The position numbers and the translations under genes are program-made. Of a stretch of 64,000 nucleotides of DNA, positions 38,475 through 48,170 are shown piece after piece. The number at the start of each line of letters is the position of its first letter. Positions within the stretch are counted from its first letter, which is position 1. The notes beneath the pieces are model-generated. The model was not told the DNA's origin. It searched no databases and saw only the letters and a list, made by a program, of their open reading frames with translations. This DNA comes from Candidatus Latescibacterota bacterium (GTDB taxonomy: Bacteria; Latescibacterota; UBA2968; UBA8231), in NCBI GenBank assembly GCA_965261395.1, contig OZ253462.1:736001-800000 (forward strand), read 5' to 3'.

Positions 38475-41400
38475 ATGCCGTTTCTCATGGTCTGTCTTGT
38501 TGGTCTGTTAGTTTCCGTTGACGCGAGTCCGGTTTCGCCGCCGGTCATTTCGGGTCAGGTGCGGCTGTCGGATGGGTTGCCGGTGGCGGGTGCTCAGGTG
38601 GTGCTGTTTGACCTAGCCGATCTGCGCCGAGGGCCAGTGGGGCAAGCCACCACCGACGAGGCGGGAACGTTTGCGCTGCCGCTGGCGGGTGGAGCTTTGG
38701 TGCTGCCGTCAGAAGTTGGGCTGGGGCAAAGCTATCCCAATCCGTTCAATCCTTCGACGCTGATTCCCTATCAACTTTCGGCCCCTTCGCCGGTGCGGTT
38801 GGAGGTGTTCAACATCTTGGGTCAGCGGGTGACGACGCTGGTGGATGGCCAGCAAGGGGCGGGGGCGTATGTGGCGCGGTGGGATGGCACGGATGCGGCG
38901 GGTGGTGCGGCCGCCTCGGGGGTGTATTTCTACCGCTTGATGGTGGATGGCGCGCATTGGACGGGGAAGATGGTGCTGTTGGATGGGCAGGCGGGGGTGC
39001 CGCTGGGCGGGGGGAGTGTGGCGAAGGTACCGCTGGCGGCGGGATCAACGGCGACGTATGGGTTGGTGGTGTCGGGGGAAGGGCTAGTTACGTATGTGGA
39101 CGCGGACTTTGTCGTCGCGGCGGGTCAGGGGCCGGTGGAGCTGGTGGTGGCGGCGGAACCGAATGTGCGGGGGAAGGTGGTGGCGACGTTGGAGGGGATG
39201 CTCGGCGATGTGAACGCCGATGGCCGAGTGGATCTGGACGACGGGCTGCTGGTGGCCATGTATAGTGTTCATCCCGCCCTATCGCTTCCTAACCACGGCT
39301 TGATGACGCTGGGCGATGTCAACTGCGATGGTCGCGTCGAGCTGGCCGACGCGGGGCTGCTGGCCACCTATGTAGCCCATCCGTCCGATGCGGCGGTCGC
39401 GTCGCTGCGGATGGGTCAACCGGGTGGGTACTCGCTGAACCCGGTTACGGAGGTGGTGTGGGCCTCGATCCTCGGCACGGAGAAAAAGGACGCCACGGTG
39501 GCGCGGCTGCTCAACGGGGTGCCGGTGCTCCTCTCGGGCGTCCTGCCTGTTGACGGCGAGGATCGCCTCTATCTTGGCCTGGACCGCGCCTACTGGACCC
39601 AACAGGGCGGCAAACGGCTCTACGAAGCCTTAAAGCAGCGCTTTCCGGCCACGCCGATTCACGTGGAGCCGTCGATCGGTGTGGTTCGGCAGTCTGGCAA
39701 GGTGACAAGGCGGTCGACCACGACCGCCCTCAGAACTGTTGCCCCGGTGACGCGCTTTGGTCCGCCGATTTCCTTTGCTGAATCGCCCAATGCCGGGTTG
39801 CGCGACCACAGCAAGGCACAGCAGGTGGTGGGTCGTATTGGGGTGCCGCATGACGTGACGGTCGGCTCTGTTGCCGTGGTGGTGGATATCACCCACCCGT
39901 CTAGCAGTGACCTGAAGGTTGAGCTCGTGGCACCGAGCGGGGTGGCTACGACACTCTACGACGGTACACGAAGTGGTATTGGCTCCGAGGCCGACATCAC
40001 CGGCACCATTGTAACGACGGACGCACTGCAGGGACAGGCTGCCAAGGGGACCTGGCAATTGCGTGTTGGTGACTACGAACGGGGCGATGCAGGAACATTG
40101 AACTCCTGGACGTTGACCGTGACCCCGGCACAGGATGCTGAGGAGACCGAAGAGCCGATCAACGTCTTTCTGGACACTTTCCAAGAAGGACTTGGCGGGT
40201 GGCGCACCACCGAGTGGGAAGCGGCATCGCTTGATACCGACAGCGGTGTTCCTGGTGAAGGTCCAGGAAACATCGTTGCAAAAGCAGAAGGCTGTTCGGT
40301 CTGTTTCCTGACCCTTGAGACACCGGTTGACCTGTCAGCCCAGGACACCGTCACCCTCTCCTTCTACCGCTGGATGGATCCCGGGATGACCGACAATGAG
40401 TTCCTCGGTGTTGATATCGGCAACAACGGCTCCTACCGTCGGCTGACGAGCTGGAACGGTCAGCATGCTGACGGCCAATGGCACTTGGAGACCTTTACGC
40501 TCTCCGGGGACCAGATCAGTAATGCCTTTTCTCTGCGGTTCTTCGGGATCACCACCAATGACTTTACCACCGTTGCAATCGACAACGTGATGATTGCTGC
40601 TGCGCCGGGATCGGTCGTTGTCGAGCCGGTTGAGCCGGGGGAACCTGAGGAGGACACAGAAGAAACGGAACAGCCAGACCTCACCGTTACGTACGCCGTT
40701 ACGCCGCCACGGTCAGTGCCGTCGGGCAACACGATTGCGCTCTACACACGAGTAACCAACACCGGCACCACCCCCTCGGCAGCAACCGTTGCACGCCTCT
40801 ACCGACACACCGCGACAACCCCAACCCCAACCCTTGGCGGGACACCAGAGACCGCAACCACCGCAATCCCGGCCTTGGAGCCCGGTTCGTCAATACTCAA
40901 AGCACTGAGAGCGACTGCACCTGCGATCCCGTCAACCTACCACTATTACGTCTGTGTGGAGGGTAGCTGCAGCGAAGCCGCCGCCGTGTCCGTGCAGACA
41001 ACGACAGACACGACCCCTGAACCAGAGACACCGGCAACAATCACCGGCTTTTCCGTTACCAATCCAACCGCTACCCCATCATCACTCCAGTCAACCGACA
41101 CCCTGACGATACAGGCAACCATTACCAACACCGGCACCGAGACAGACGATGCAGCTATCCATATCTACCGACACACCAGTGAGACAACGACACCACGGAC
41201 TAGTGGTACCAGAGAATCAAACACCGCAACAACCGGTACCCTTGCACCAAACGCAACGGTTACTGTTACCAGCACTCACAGCGCACCAACCGTGTCACGT
41301 ACAACACGGTACTACTACTACGTCTGTGCTGACACCTTCTGTGCAAATACTCCTGCTACCGTCCTCGTCCGTATCAAACCGGAAGATCCTGGTCCACCGT

Positions 41401-42386
41401 ATGCACGGTGTTGGGATGTGCCAGAGCGAAGTACCCCTATGGGTGGTGATATTATGTTTACCCTCTTTATTGGAGATCCTGGCGGAGAGATCCCTAGAAG
41501 ATGTGGCACCATCACCCTCGGCGGTGTTGAAACCACCACCGGTGTCCGCGGCTTCATTGCATCCGGCCACGTTGTTGTGAGGAGCACCTATGATGACGAA
41601 ACGGCACGATCCATTGGAGACTACTCCAGAACTGACACTATGATCGGACACGGCAGGAGCGCTGGCTTTGTCAAAGAGCTGCAGCACTTCCTCGGCAAAG
41701 TCTTCCAAATGCCATCCTTCTACACCGAAGGAGACAAGCGATTCCTTTCGGTCGCCGAGCAAGTAAACGCCGCCGGACGAGACAAATTTGTCGGGTGGGA
41801 GACAGAGGAGGACAAACGATTCCTTTCAGGCGACGCCGCCCTCGTTGCATACCCGCATCCCAAGACACCCGGCTGTTCCCTGACCTGGAGCGGTGACGGC
41901 GAAGAGTTCTGCCTTGACCAAGGAAGCGATGACTACATTGAACGTCTCGTCCCTCTCACCGTCCGCGGTGCAAACGGCAAGACCCACAAGGTTGTCGGAT
42001 CACAAGAGCCGACAGAAGGGCTGCCCATCCGGGTCTCTGGTGCCGTGACCGGCATTCCCATCAATAGTGTTGCTAGAGGGGATAAGCTCTTGGTGTTTGG
42101 GGAAGACACAAATGGCTTTTTCTATGAATACATCAATCACTCTCGTGGCGGTGGCTCCGTCAGAGGAGACAGCGGTGCTCCCGTCTACACCGTTCCTGAT
42201 GCAGCTGGCAACGTCCGCATCGTGGGGATTCTGATAGGGCTAGCAGATGTAGACAATCTTGCATTCAACTCATGGAAGACAGTTGAGGAAGAGTTCAACC
42301 TGCGACCGATTGCCGCTCCCGCTCCCGATGGCCCCACCGAGGAAGATGAGGCGGATTTGGCGGGATTGTTTTCAGCCTTTGATTGA
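38475..42386 (+). CDS. Secreted multidomain S1-type serine protease, copy 2
   Basis: Close paralogue of 33691-37569; ASGH / DAALV / GDSGAP triad. Confidence 0.8.
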   Translation: MPFLMVCLVGLLVSVDASPVSPPVISGQVRLSDGLPVAGAQVVLFDLADLRRGPVGQATTDEAGTFALPLAGGALVLPSEVGLGQSYPNPFNPSTLIPYQLSAPSPVRLEVFNILGQRVTTLVDGQQGAGAYVARWDGTDAAGGAAASGVYFYRLMVDGAHWTGKMVLLDGQAGVPLGGGSVAKVPLAAGSTATYGLVVSGEGLVTYVDADFVVAAGQGPVELVVAAEPNVRGKVVATLEGMLGDVNADGRVDLDDGLLVAMYSVHPALSLPNHGLMTLGDVNCDGRVELADAGLLATYVAHPSDAAVASLRMGQPGGYSLNPVTEVVWASILGTEKKDATVARLLNGVPVLLSGVLPVDGEDRLYLGLDRAYWTQQGGKRLYEALKQRFPATPIHVEPSIGVVRQSGKVTRRSTTTALRTVAPVTRFGPPISFAESPNAGLRDHSKAQQVVGRIGVPHDVTVGSVAVVVDITHPSSSDLKVELVAPSGVATTLYDGTRSGIGSEADITGTIVTTDALQGQAAKGTWQLRVGDYERGDAGTLNSWTLTVTPAQDAEETEEPINVFLDTFQEGLGGWRTTEWEAASLDTDSGVPGEGPGNIVAKAEGCSVCFLTLETPVDLSAQDTVTLSFYRWMDPGMTDNEFLGVDIGNNGSYRRLTSWNGQHADGQWHLETFTLSGDQISNAFSLRFFGITTNDFTTVAIDNVMIAAAPGSVVVEPVEPGEPEEDTEETEQPDLTVTYAVTPPRSVPSGNTIALYTRVTNTGTTPSAATVARLYRHTATTPTPTLGGTPETATTAIPALEPGSSILKALRATAPAIPSTYHYYVCVEGSCSEAAAVSVQTTTDTTPEPETPATITGFSVTNPTATPSSLQSTDTLTIQATITNTGTETDDAAIHIYRHTSETTTPRTSGTRESNTATTGTLAPNATVTVTSTHSAPTVSRTTRYYYYVCADTFCANTPATVLVRIKPEDPGPPYARCWDVPERSTPMGGDIMFTLFIGDPGGEIPRRCGTITLGGVETTTGVRGFIASGHVVVRSTYDDETARSIGDYSRTDTMIGHGRSAGFVKELQHFLGKVFQMPSFYTEGDKRFLSVAEQVNAAGRDKFVGWETEEDKRFLSGDAALVAYPHPKTPGCSLTWSGDGEEFCLDQGSDDYIERLVPLTVRGANGKTHKVVGSQEPTEGLPIRVSGAVTGIPINSVARGDKLLVFGEDTNGFFYEYINHSRGGGSVRGDSGAPVYTVPDAAGNVRIVGILIGLADVDNLAFNSWKTVEEEFNLRPIAAPAPDGPTEEDEADLAGLFSAFD

Positions 42387-42472
42387 GCGAATCCACTTCC
42401 ATGCCCACCGATTCGAGGGCCGTTACCCCAGCCACGGCTCAGCGTCCTCCGCGCCGAAGATAATCGTGCCGC

Positions 42473-42515
42473 CGACGGCCTGCTAGCTATCGTCCAACAG
42501 GCCGCCTAACTCGCT
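42473..42515 (+). repeat. Direct repeat B, right copy (duplicate of recQ 3' end)
   Basis: CGACGGCCTGCTAGCTATCGTCCAACAGGCCGCCTAACTCGCT, reads DGLLAIVQQAA*. Confidence 0.95.
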
Positions 42516-42532
42516 CATCAGGAGAACGTTTT

Positions 42533-43504
42533 ATGGCTACAATTCGCTGGGGCATCATCGGCTGCGGCGACGTTACAGAAGTAAAGAGCGGCCCCGCCCT
42601 GTACAAAACTCGCGATTCCGAACTGGTGGCGGTCATGCGCCGCGACGCGGACAAAGCCCGCGACTATGCCGTGCGCCACGGCGTGCCCAAGTGGTACGAC
42701 CAAGCCGTCGCACTCATCGGCGACCCAGCCGTCGATGCGGTCTATATCGCGACGCCCCCCGACACCCACGCGCACTACACCGCCCAAGTCGCCCGCGCCG
42801 GCAAACCTGTTTACGTCGAAAAGCCAATGGCGCGCAACCACGGCGAGTGTGTGGCGATGATCGACGCCTGCCGCCGGGCCGGGGTACCGCTTTTCGTCGC
42901 CTACTACCGCCGCGCCTTGCCCGCCTTTCTCAAGGTCAAGTCGCTGGTCGAGGAAGGGGCCATCGGCGCGGTGCGCTTCGCCTCCATCGCACTCTGCCAA
43001 CCCGCGTCAGAGGATCCCGACGACCTGCCTTGGCGCGTCGTCCCAGAGGTCTCGGGCGGCGGCCACTTCTTCGACTTAGCCTCACACCAGTTCGACTTCC
43101 TCGACTTTCTGCTCGGCCCCATTGCCCACGCCTCGGGCCACGCGACCAACCAAGCCAAGCTCTACCAAGCCGAAGATGCCGTTACCGCCAGCTTCGCATT
43201 CGAGTCCGGCGCACTCGGCGCAGGAGTCTGGAACTTCGCCGCCGACCAGCGCTGCGACCGAATCGAAATCGGCGGCGACAAGGGCCGGATCGCCTTTTCC
43301 ACGTTCGCCTTCACCCCGGTCGAATTGACTACCAACGCCGGAACCCAAACCTTCGCCATTGACCCGCCCCAACACGTCCAGCAACCCCTGATTCAGACGG
43401 TAGTCAATGCCCTGTTGGGCCGAGGCGAATGCCCCAGCACCGGCGCAAGCGCCGCCCGCACTAGCCGGGTCATGGACCAAATCGTCCACGGCCATGCCGC
43501 CTAA
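42533..43504 (+). CDS. Gfo/Idh/MocA oxidoreductase
   Basis: WGIIGCG, YIATP, VEKP, D..SH..D. Confidence 0.92.
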   Translation: MATIRWGIIGCGDVTEVKSGPALYKTRDSELVAVMRRDADKARDYAVRHGVPKWYDQAVALIGDPAVDAVYIATPPDTHAHYTAQVARAGKPVYVEKPMARNHGECVAMIDACRRAGVPLFVAYYRRALPAFLKVKSLVEEGAIGAVRFASIALCQPASEDPDDLPWRVVPEVSGGGHFFDLASHQFDFLDFLLGPIAHASGHATNQAKLYQAEDAVTASFAFESGALGAGVWNFAADQRCDRIEIGGDKGRIAFSTFAFTPVELTTNAGTQTFAIDPPQHVQQPLIQTVVNALLGRGECPSTGASAARTSRVMDQIVHGHAA

Positions 43505-43610
43505 ACCCCACGTCCTCGGAGCAGCGATGTCTCTGCTCTTAGTCAAACTCCAGCTCAAACGCATTTTTGCCTATCGGCAGCAGGCGATTCGCGAACTATT
43601 GCTCCACTAA
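43494..43610 (+). pseudogene. Possible collapsed SRPBCC-family remnant
   Basis: MPPKPHVL joined to LLVKLQLKRIFAYRQQAI, which resembles the family's C-terminal helix. Confidence 0.4.
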
Positions 43611-43778
43611 CGCCGGACCTTTCGCTGCAAAATTCACACCCCTTCCGCGCCATTTTTGTCGTTTCAACCTAACAACTTTGCCGCAAACGCTTGGGCAAAG
43701 ACCAGAATTTTCGTATTTATAAAGCCTTACTCTCGTACGCATTCCACTTGGTTCGCACTTAAATAAAGGGGGTTCGAC

Positions 43779-45071
43779 ATGCTGGTTCGCAGAAAGTGGG
43801 GCCTCCTCGCCCTGTTAGCTCTTATTTCTTTCGCAGTTCCCAATGCTAGCTTCGCCCAAGACGCGCTCGACACCGGCGACACGGCTTGGATCCTGATTTC
43901 CACCGGCTTAGTTCTCTTTATGATGATCCCCGGCTTGGCCATGTTTTACGCCGGTCTGGTCCGCACCCGCAACGTGCTCTCGGTCTTTATGCACTGCTTT
44001 GGGATTGCGGCCCTGATCACTATCCTATGGACCATTTTCGGCTACAGCTTGGCCTTTACGGCCAACAACCCCTTTATCGGCGGCCTGTCCAAGTCCTTTC
44101 TCAGCGGCGTCACCGTAGATAGCCTCTCGGGCACCATCCCGGAATCGCTGTTCTTCGTCTTTCAGATGACGTTTGCCATCATCACCCCCGGGCTTTTCGT
44201 CGGTGCCTTTGCCGAGCGCATGAAATTTTCGGCCGTGTTGTGGTTCAGTGGGCTGTGGTGCGTTTTGGTTTATCTGCCCATCACGCACATGGTCTGGGGA
44301 GAAGGCGGCTACTTGGGCGCCATGGGCGTCTTTGACTTTGCCGGCGGCATCGTCGTCCACATCACCGCCGGGTCGGCCGCATTGGTAGCCGCGATCGTCG
44401 TCGGCAAGCGCGCTGGCTATCCCGAGCATCCCATGCCCCCGCACAACATGACCATGAACCTCGTCGGCACGGCCATGCTCTGGGTTGGGTGGTTCGGCTT
44501 CAACGGCGGCAGTGCCTTGGCGGCGAATGGGCAGGCGGCTATGGCGGTCGTGGTCACCCAAATCTCGCCCAGCGTCGCGGCACTGACGTGGATTTTTATC
44601 GAATGGATCAGAAACGGCAAACCCAGTGCCCTCGGTTTTGCCACCGGCGCCATCGCCGGTCTAGCGGCCATTACTCCGGCCTCGGGCACGGTGGGGCCGC
44701 TCGGTGCGTTTGCCATCGGCCTGTGCTCCAGCCTCGTCGCCTATTGGGCCGCCACTTGGCTCAAGCGCACCTGCGGGTACGACGACGCGCTCGACGTAGT
44801 GGGGGTTCACGGCTTCGGCGGCTTGGTCGGAGTTCTGCTGGTGTCCTTCTTCGCCTCGACCGCCTTGGGCGGCACCGTCGAGGGCTTAAACATGGGCAAA
44901 CAGTTCGGCATCCAAGCCTTCGCCGCGGTCGGCGCAGCCGTTTACACCCTAATCGTCTCGTTTATCATTCTCAAGGTCATCGACAAAGTCAGCGGCCTAC
45001 GCGTAGATGAGGATACCGAGACCGATGGACTCGACTTGAGCGAGCACGGCGAAGTCGGCTACGACCTGTAG
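43779..45071 (+). CDS. amtB: Ammonium transporter
   Basis: FQMTFAIITP, DFAGGIVVH, WVGWFGFNGGS, DDALDVVGVHG, GLDLSEHGE. Confidence 0.97.
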   Translation: MLVRRKWGLLALLALISFAVPNASFAQDALDTGDTAWILISTGLVLFMMIPGLAMFYAGLVRTRNVLSVFMHCFGIAALITILWTIFGYSLAFTANNPFIGGLSKSFLSGVTVDSLSGTIPESLFFVFQMTFAIITPGLFVGAFAERMKFSAVLWFSGLWCVLVYLPITHMVWGEGGYLGAMGVFDFAGGIVVHITAGSAALVAAIVVGKRAGYPEHPMPPHNMTMNLVGTAMLWVGWFGFNGGSALAANGQAAMAVVVTQISPSVAALTWIFIEWIRNGKPSALGFATGAIAGLAAITPASGTVGPLGAFAIGLCSSLVAYWAATWLKRTCGYDDALDVVGVHGFGGLVGVLLVSFFASTALGGTVEGLNMGKQFGIQAFAAVGAAVYTLIVSFIILKVIDKVSGLRVDEDTETDGLDLSEHGEVGYDL

Positions 45072-45110
45072 TTCGCGGCCCAATGGCTCGCCGTTTAGAT
45101 GAGGGCTTCC

Positions 45111-45950
45111 ATGGATTCTTCTTGCTTGCAGTACGCGTTGACCGAGGCTGAACATCTAGAGTTTGCCCAGCGCGGCTACCTCGTCTTCGACGAGATGCTG
45201 CCTCCCGACGTGGTTGACGCACTCGTGGAAGTCTCCGACCGGATTGACGCTGAGGAGCGCCAAAAGCGCGGCGTCGGTCCCTACGCCCGGCTGACCGTCC
45301 GCGACATGGTTTGGCGCCACGAGCATTACCTAAACTTGGTCGATTGGCCCCGTGCGCTGCCCAAAGTCTGGGGAACACTCGGCTGGAATATCCAAATTTA
45401 CCACACCGTCCTCGCCTACAGCCCGCCCGCTGAGCCTAACAATTGCCAAGTCAAGATGCAGGGCTGGCACCAAGACTCGGACCGCGTCAACCACGAGATC
45501 GAGTCCAGCCCCCGACCGCGGATTTCGGTCAAGATGGCCTATTTTCTCAGCGACTGTTCAGAAGCAGGCCGCGCCAATTTCTGGGTCGTGCCCGGCAGCC
45601 ATTTGCTGGATACGTATGAGATCCCCGACGACTCTTTGCCCCACAACGCCGTCCCTGTGCTGGTGCCGCAGGGCGGTGCGGTGCTCTTCGACCGCCGGAT
45701 CTGGCACTCGGCCAGTTCCAACGCCTCCGCTATCGCCCGCAAGGCGCTCTTCTACGGCTACTCTTATCGCTGGCTCCGCCCCCGCGACGACCAGACCGTC
45801 GAACACCTTTTTGAGCGCTCTGATCCGATCCGCCGCCAGCTACTAGGATACGCGCCTAGCGGTGGCTACGGTTACACCTCGCCCACCGATGAGGATGTTC
45901 CACTGCGCGTCTTTCTGCGCCAACATCTCGGTGCCGAAGCCGCCACCTGA
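45111..45950 (+). CDS. PhyH family dioxygenase
   Basis: GWHQDS, VPGSH, FDRRIWHS. Confidence 0.9.
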   Translation: MDSSCLQYALTEAEHLEFAQRGYLVFDEMLPPDVVDALVEVSDRIDAEERQKRGVGPYARLTVRDMVWRHEHYLNLVDWPRALPKVWGTLGWNIQIYHTVLAYSPPAEPNNCQVKMQGWHQDSDRVNHEIESSPRPRISVKMAYFLSDCSEAGRANFWVVPGSHLLDTYEIPDDSLPHNAVPVLVPQGGAVLFDRRIWHSASSNASAIARKALFYGYSYRWLRPRDDQTVEHLFERSDPIRRQLLGYAPSGGYGYTSPTDEDVPLRVFLRQHLGAEAAT

Positions 45951-46948
45951 TGCGGGCGTTGGTAACCGGCGGCACCGGCTTTGTCGGCGGGGCTTTGGTC
46001 CGCGCCCTCGTCGCTAGCGGCGCGCAAGTCCGGGTGCTGGCGCGGCCCACTAGTCAGACCGAGGCGCTGGAGGACCTAGGCGTCGAAATCGTCCGCGGCG
46101 ACATCCTCGTTCGTGCGAGCATCGAAGCCGCGCTCGAAGGTTGCGATACCCTCTTCCACGCCGCAGCTCTTTACGATTTGTGGAGATTGGACGAGGCCGA
46201 GCTCTTGGCTACTGAAACCGAGGGGACCCGCAACGCTATGGCGGCGGCGTTGGCAGTCGGCGTCGCCAAGGTCGTCTATACCAGTACCGCCGTCTGTATT
46301 GGCGAGGCCAAAGGCCAAGTCGCCACCGAGACAACGGCCCATCGCGGCTACTTCCTCTCACGTTATGAAAAGGCCAAACGCGCAGCCGAGCAGGTGGCGT
46401 TCGCGTATATGGACAAAGGAGTGCCACTCATCTGCGTCCAGCCCGCTGCCATCTACGGCCCGGGCGACCGCAAGCCCACCGGGCGCTTTATCACTAGCCT
46501 GCTCAACGGTCGGGTCCCCGCGCTCTTTTCCGGCTGGGTGAGTTTGGTGTACATTGACGACGCGGCTCGGGGGCACGTGCTGGCGGCTGAAAATGGCCGG
46601 GTCGGCGAACGCTATATTCTCGCGGGCACGGTCGGCAAATTGACCGAACTCGGCCGACTGGTCTGTCGGTTGGCCGGGTGCTGGTCGCCGCCGACCATTC
46701 CCGCTCCACTGGCCGCACCCTACGCGCTCGGCGGCGAAGCCCTTTCGCGCCTGACCCGCAGACCGCCGGTCCTGTCGTGGGAAACCTACCGCCTCGCTGC
46801 ACACGGCTTCCGCGCCGATGGAAGCCGTGCCACTGATGAGTTGGGCCTAACCTACACGAATCAAGAGGAAGGATTTACGCGGACGATTAACTGGTACTGG
46901 GCGCAAGGCTTGCTCAGACGCCGACCAGCCTGTTTCCGCGATCCGTAA
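45950..46948 (+). CDS. NAD-dependent epimerase/dehydratase (dihydroflavonol reductase/HpnA-like)
   Basis: VTGGTGFVG, YEKAK (YxxxK), YGPGD. Confidence 0.9.
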   Translation: MRALVTGGTGFVGGALVRALVASGAQVRVLARPTSQTEALEDLGVEIVRGDILVRASIEAALEGCDTLFHAAALYDLWRLDEAELLATETEGTRNAMAAALAVGVAKVVYTSTAVCIGEAKGQVATETTAHRGYFLSRYEKAKRAAEQVAFAYMDKGVPLICVQPAAIYGPGDRKPTGRFITSLLNGRVPALFSGWVSLVYIDDAARGHVLAAENGRVGERYILAGTVGKLTELGRLVCRLAGCWSPPTIPAPLAAPYALGGEALSRLTRRPPVLSWETYRLAAHGFRADGSRATDELGLTYTNQEEGFTRTINWYWAQGLLRRRPACFRDP

Positions 46949-47051
46949 TTTGCCTATATGAAAGCCGAACTGCCCATACCCCCTCCTCGGATCACTTGGC
47001 GAGGCGTCGACTCTGAATCATGGAGGAGAACACCGGGATCCTGGCACGGAG

Positions 47052-48038
47052 ATGTTCAACTGGAATCCGTTCTTTCTCTCGGTGTCGGTGGACGATGGAC
47101 GGAGCTGGACCGGGGAATGGCCGATGAATCTGCTGGGCGGGCCGTACCATGACGCGATGATCCAGATGCCGAACGGGCGCATGGTCATGCCGAGCCGGAT
47201 CTGCCACAGCAACAACCATCATCTGGGGATGGAGTACAAGCGGGTGAGCAGTTACGGCTATTGGAAGGGATTGCGCCTCCAAGTCAGCGGGCACTATCAC
47301 TATCCGGAGGTGGATATTGCGGCGGCGAGTTACTCGGATGACGAGGGGCGGACCTGGCGGATGTGCAGGGGGCAGTTGATGGGCTGGTTCGATGCGGACG
47401 GCATTCCCAACGGGCGGGGCGGGATTACGGCAGTGGACGAACCGAGTGTTGCAGTGTGTTCGGATGGGCGCTTGATGATGATGGCGAGGTCCACCGTGGG
47501 GCGCCTAGTGCAGACGTATAGCGAAGATGGCGGGGAAACCTGGACGCCGGTGCTGCCAAGCGATCTTGCGGCTTCGTATTCTCCACCGCGGCTGCGGCGG
47601 ATCCCCAGTACCGGAGACCTGTTGTGCGTGTGGAACCAGACGTCGCGGGAGGAGATCTTGAGGGGGTATCGACGGGGCCGCTTGTCTGCGGCGATTTCAA
47701 CGGACTGCGGGGCGAGCTGGTCGCATTTCAAGACGATCGAGGTCAGCGGGGGAATGGAGGATGTGGATCGGGTCCCGTCGCAGTATCCCGTCAGTCCCGT
47801 GATCGCGCTGCCGGAATTGGGAAGTTTGCCCGAGGACTTCGCCACGTTTGACTATGCAAATGCGTGGTTCCACGGAGATCGCGTTCTGCTGATGTATCAT
47901 CGAAGCTGGGTTGAGGCCGATGAACATTCCGCAGAGGCGGTTACGTTGGGGGAGCGGAAGAGTATAGCCCGCAAACCGGGGGAACTGGTGCTGCGCGTCT
48001 ATCCGCTGGGATGGTTTTACGACAGCGACGGGCCCTGA
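47052..48038 (+). pseudogene. BNR/Asp-box sialidase-like protein, probably 5'-truncated
   Basis: Four Asp boxes (SVDDGRSW, SDDEGRTW, SEDGGETW, STDCGASW); begins mid-propeller with no clear RBS. Confidence 0.65.
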
Positions 48039-48170
48039 GACCCGTCCGGCGCGTGTGAGGAAACTGCCGTCCGGGCAACACCTGCCCGGCGCGGCTTCCC
48101 CTTGAGATGGACGGCTAGGGTCAGGCACAAGCTGACGCCCTATAGCCGCAACGACATGGAGCAATGACAA

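Larger units (their letters stand above)
33442..42515. mobile_element. About 9-kb insertion bounded by 43-bp direct repeats; no integrase inside
   Basis: Flanking direct repeats; removing it puts recQ directly before the RBS of the Gfo/Idh/MocA gene. Confidence 0.75.

Noticed and set aside
36600-42386. Diversity-generating retroelement acting on the protease C-termini
   Set aside because: No reverse transcriptase in the window; differences include indels and non-adenine changes
43779-45071. amtB without an adjacent glnK
   Set aside because: Stand-alone amt paralogues are common; not informative from one window
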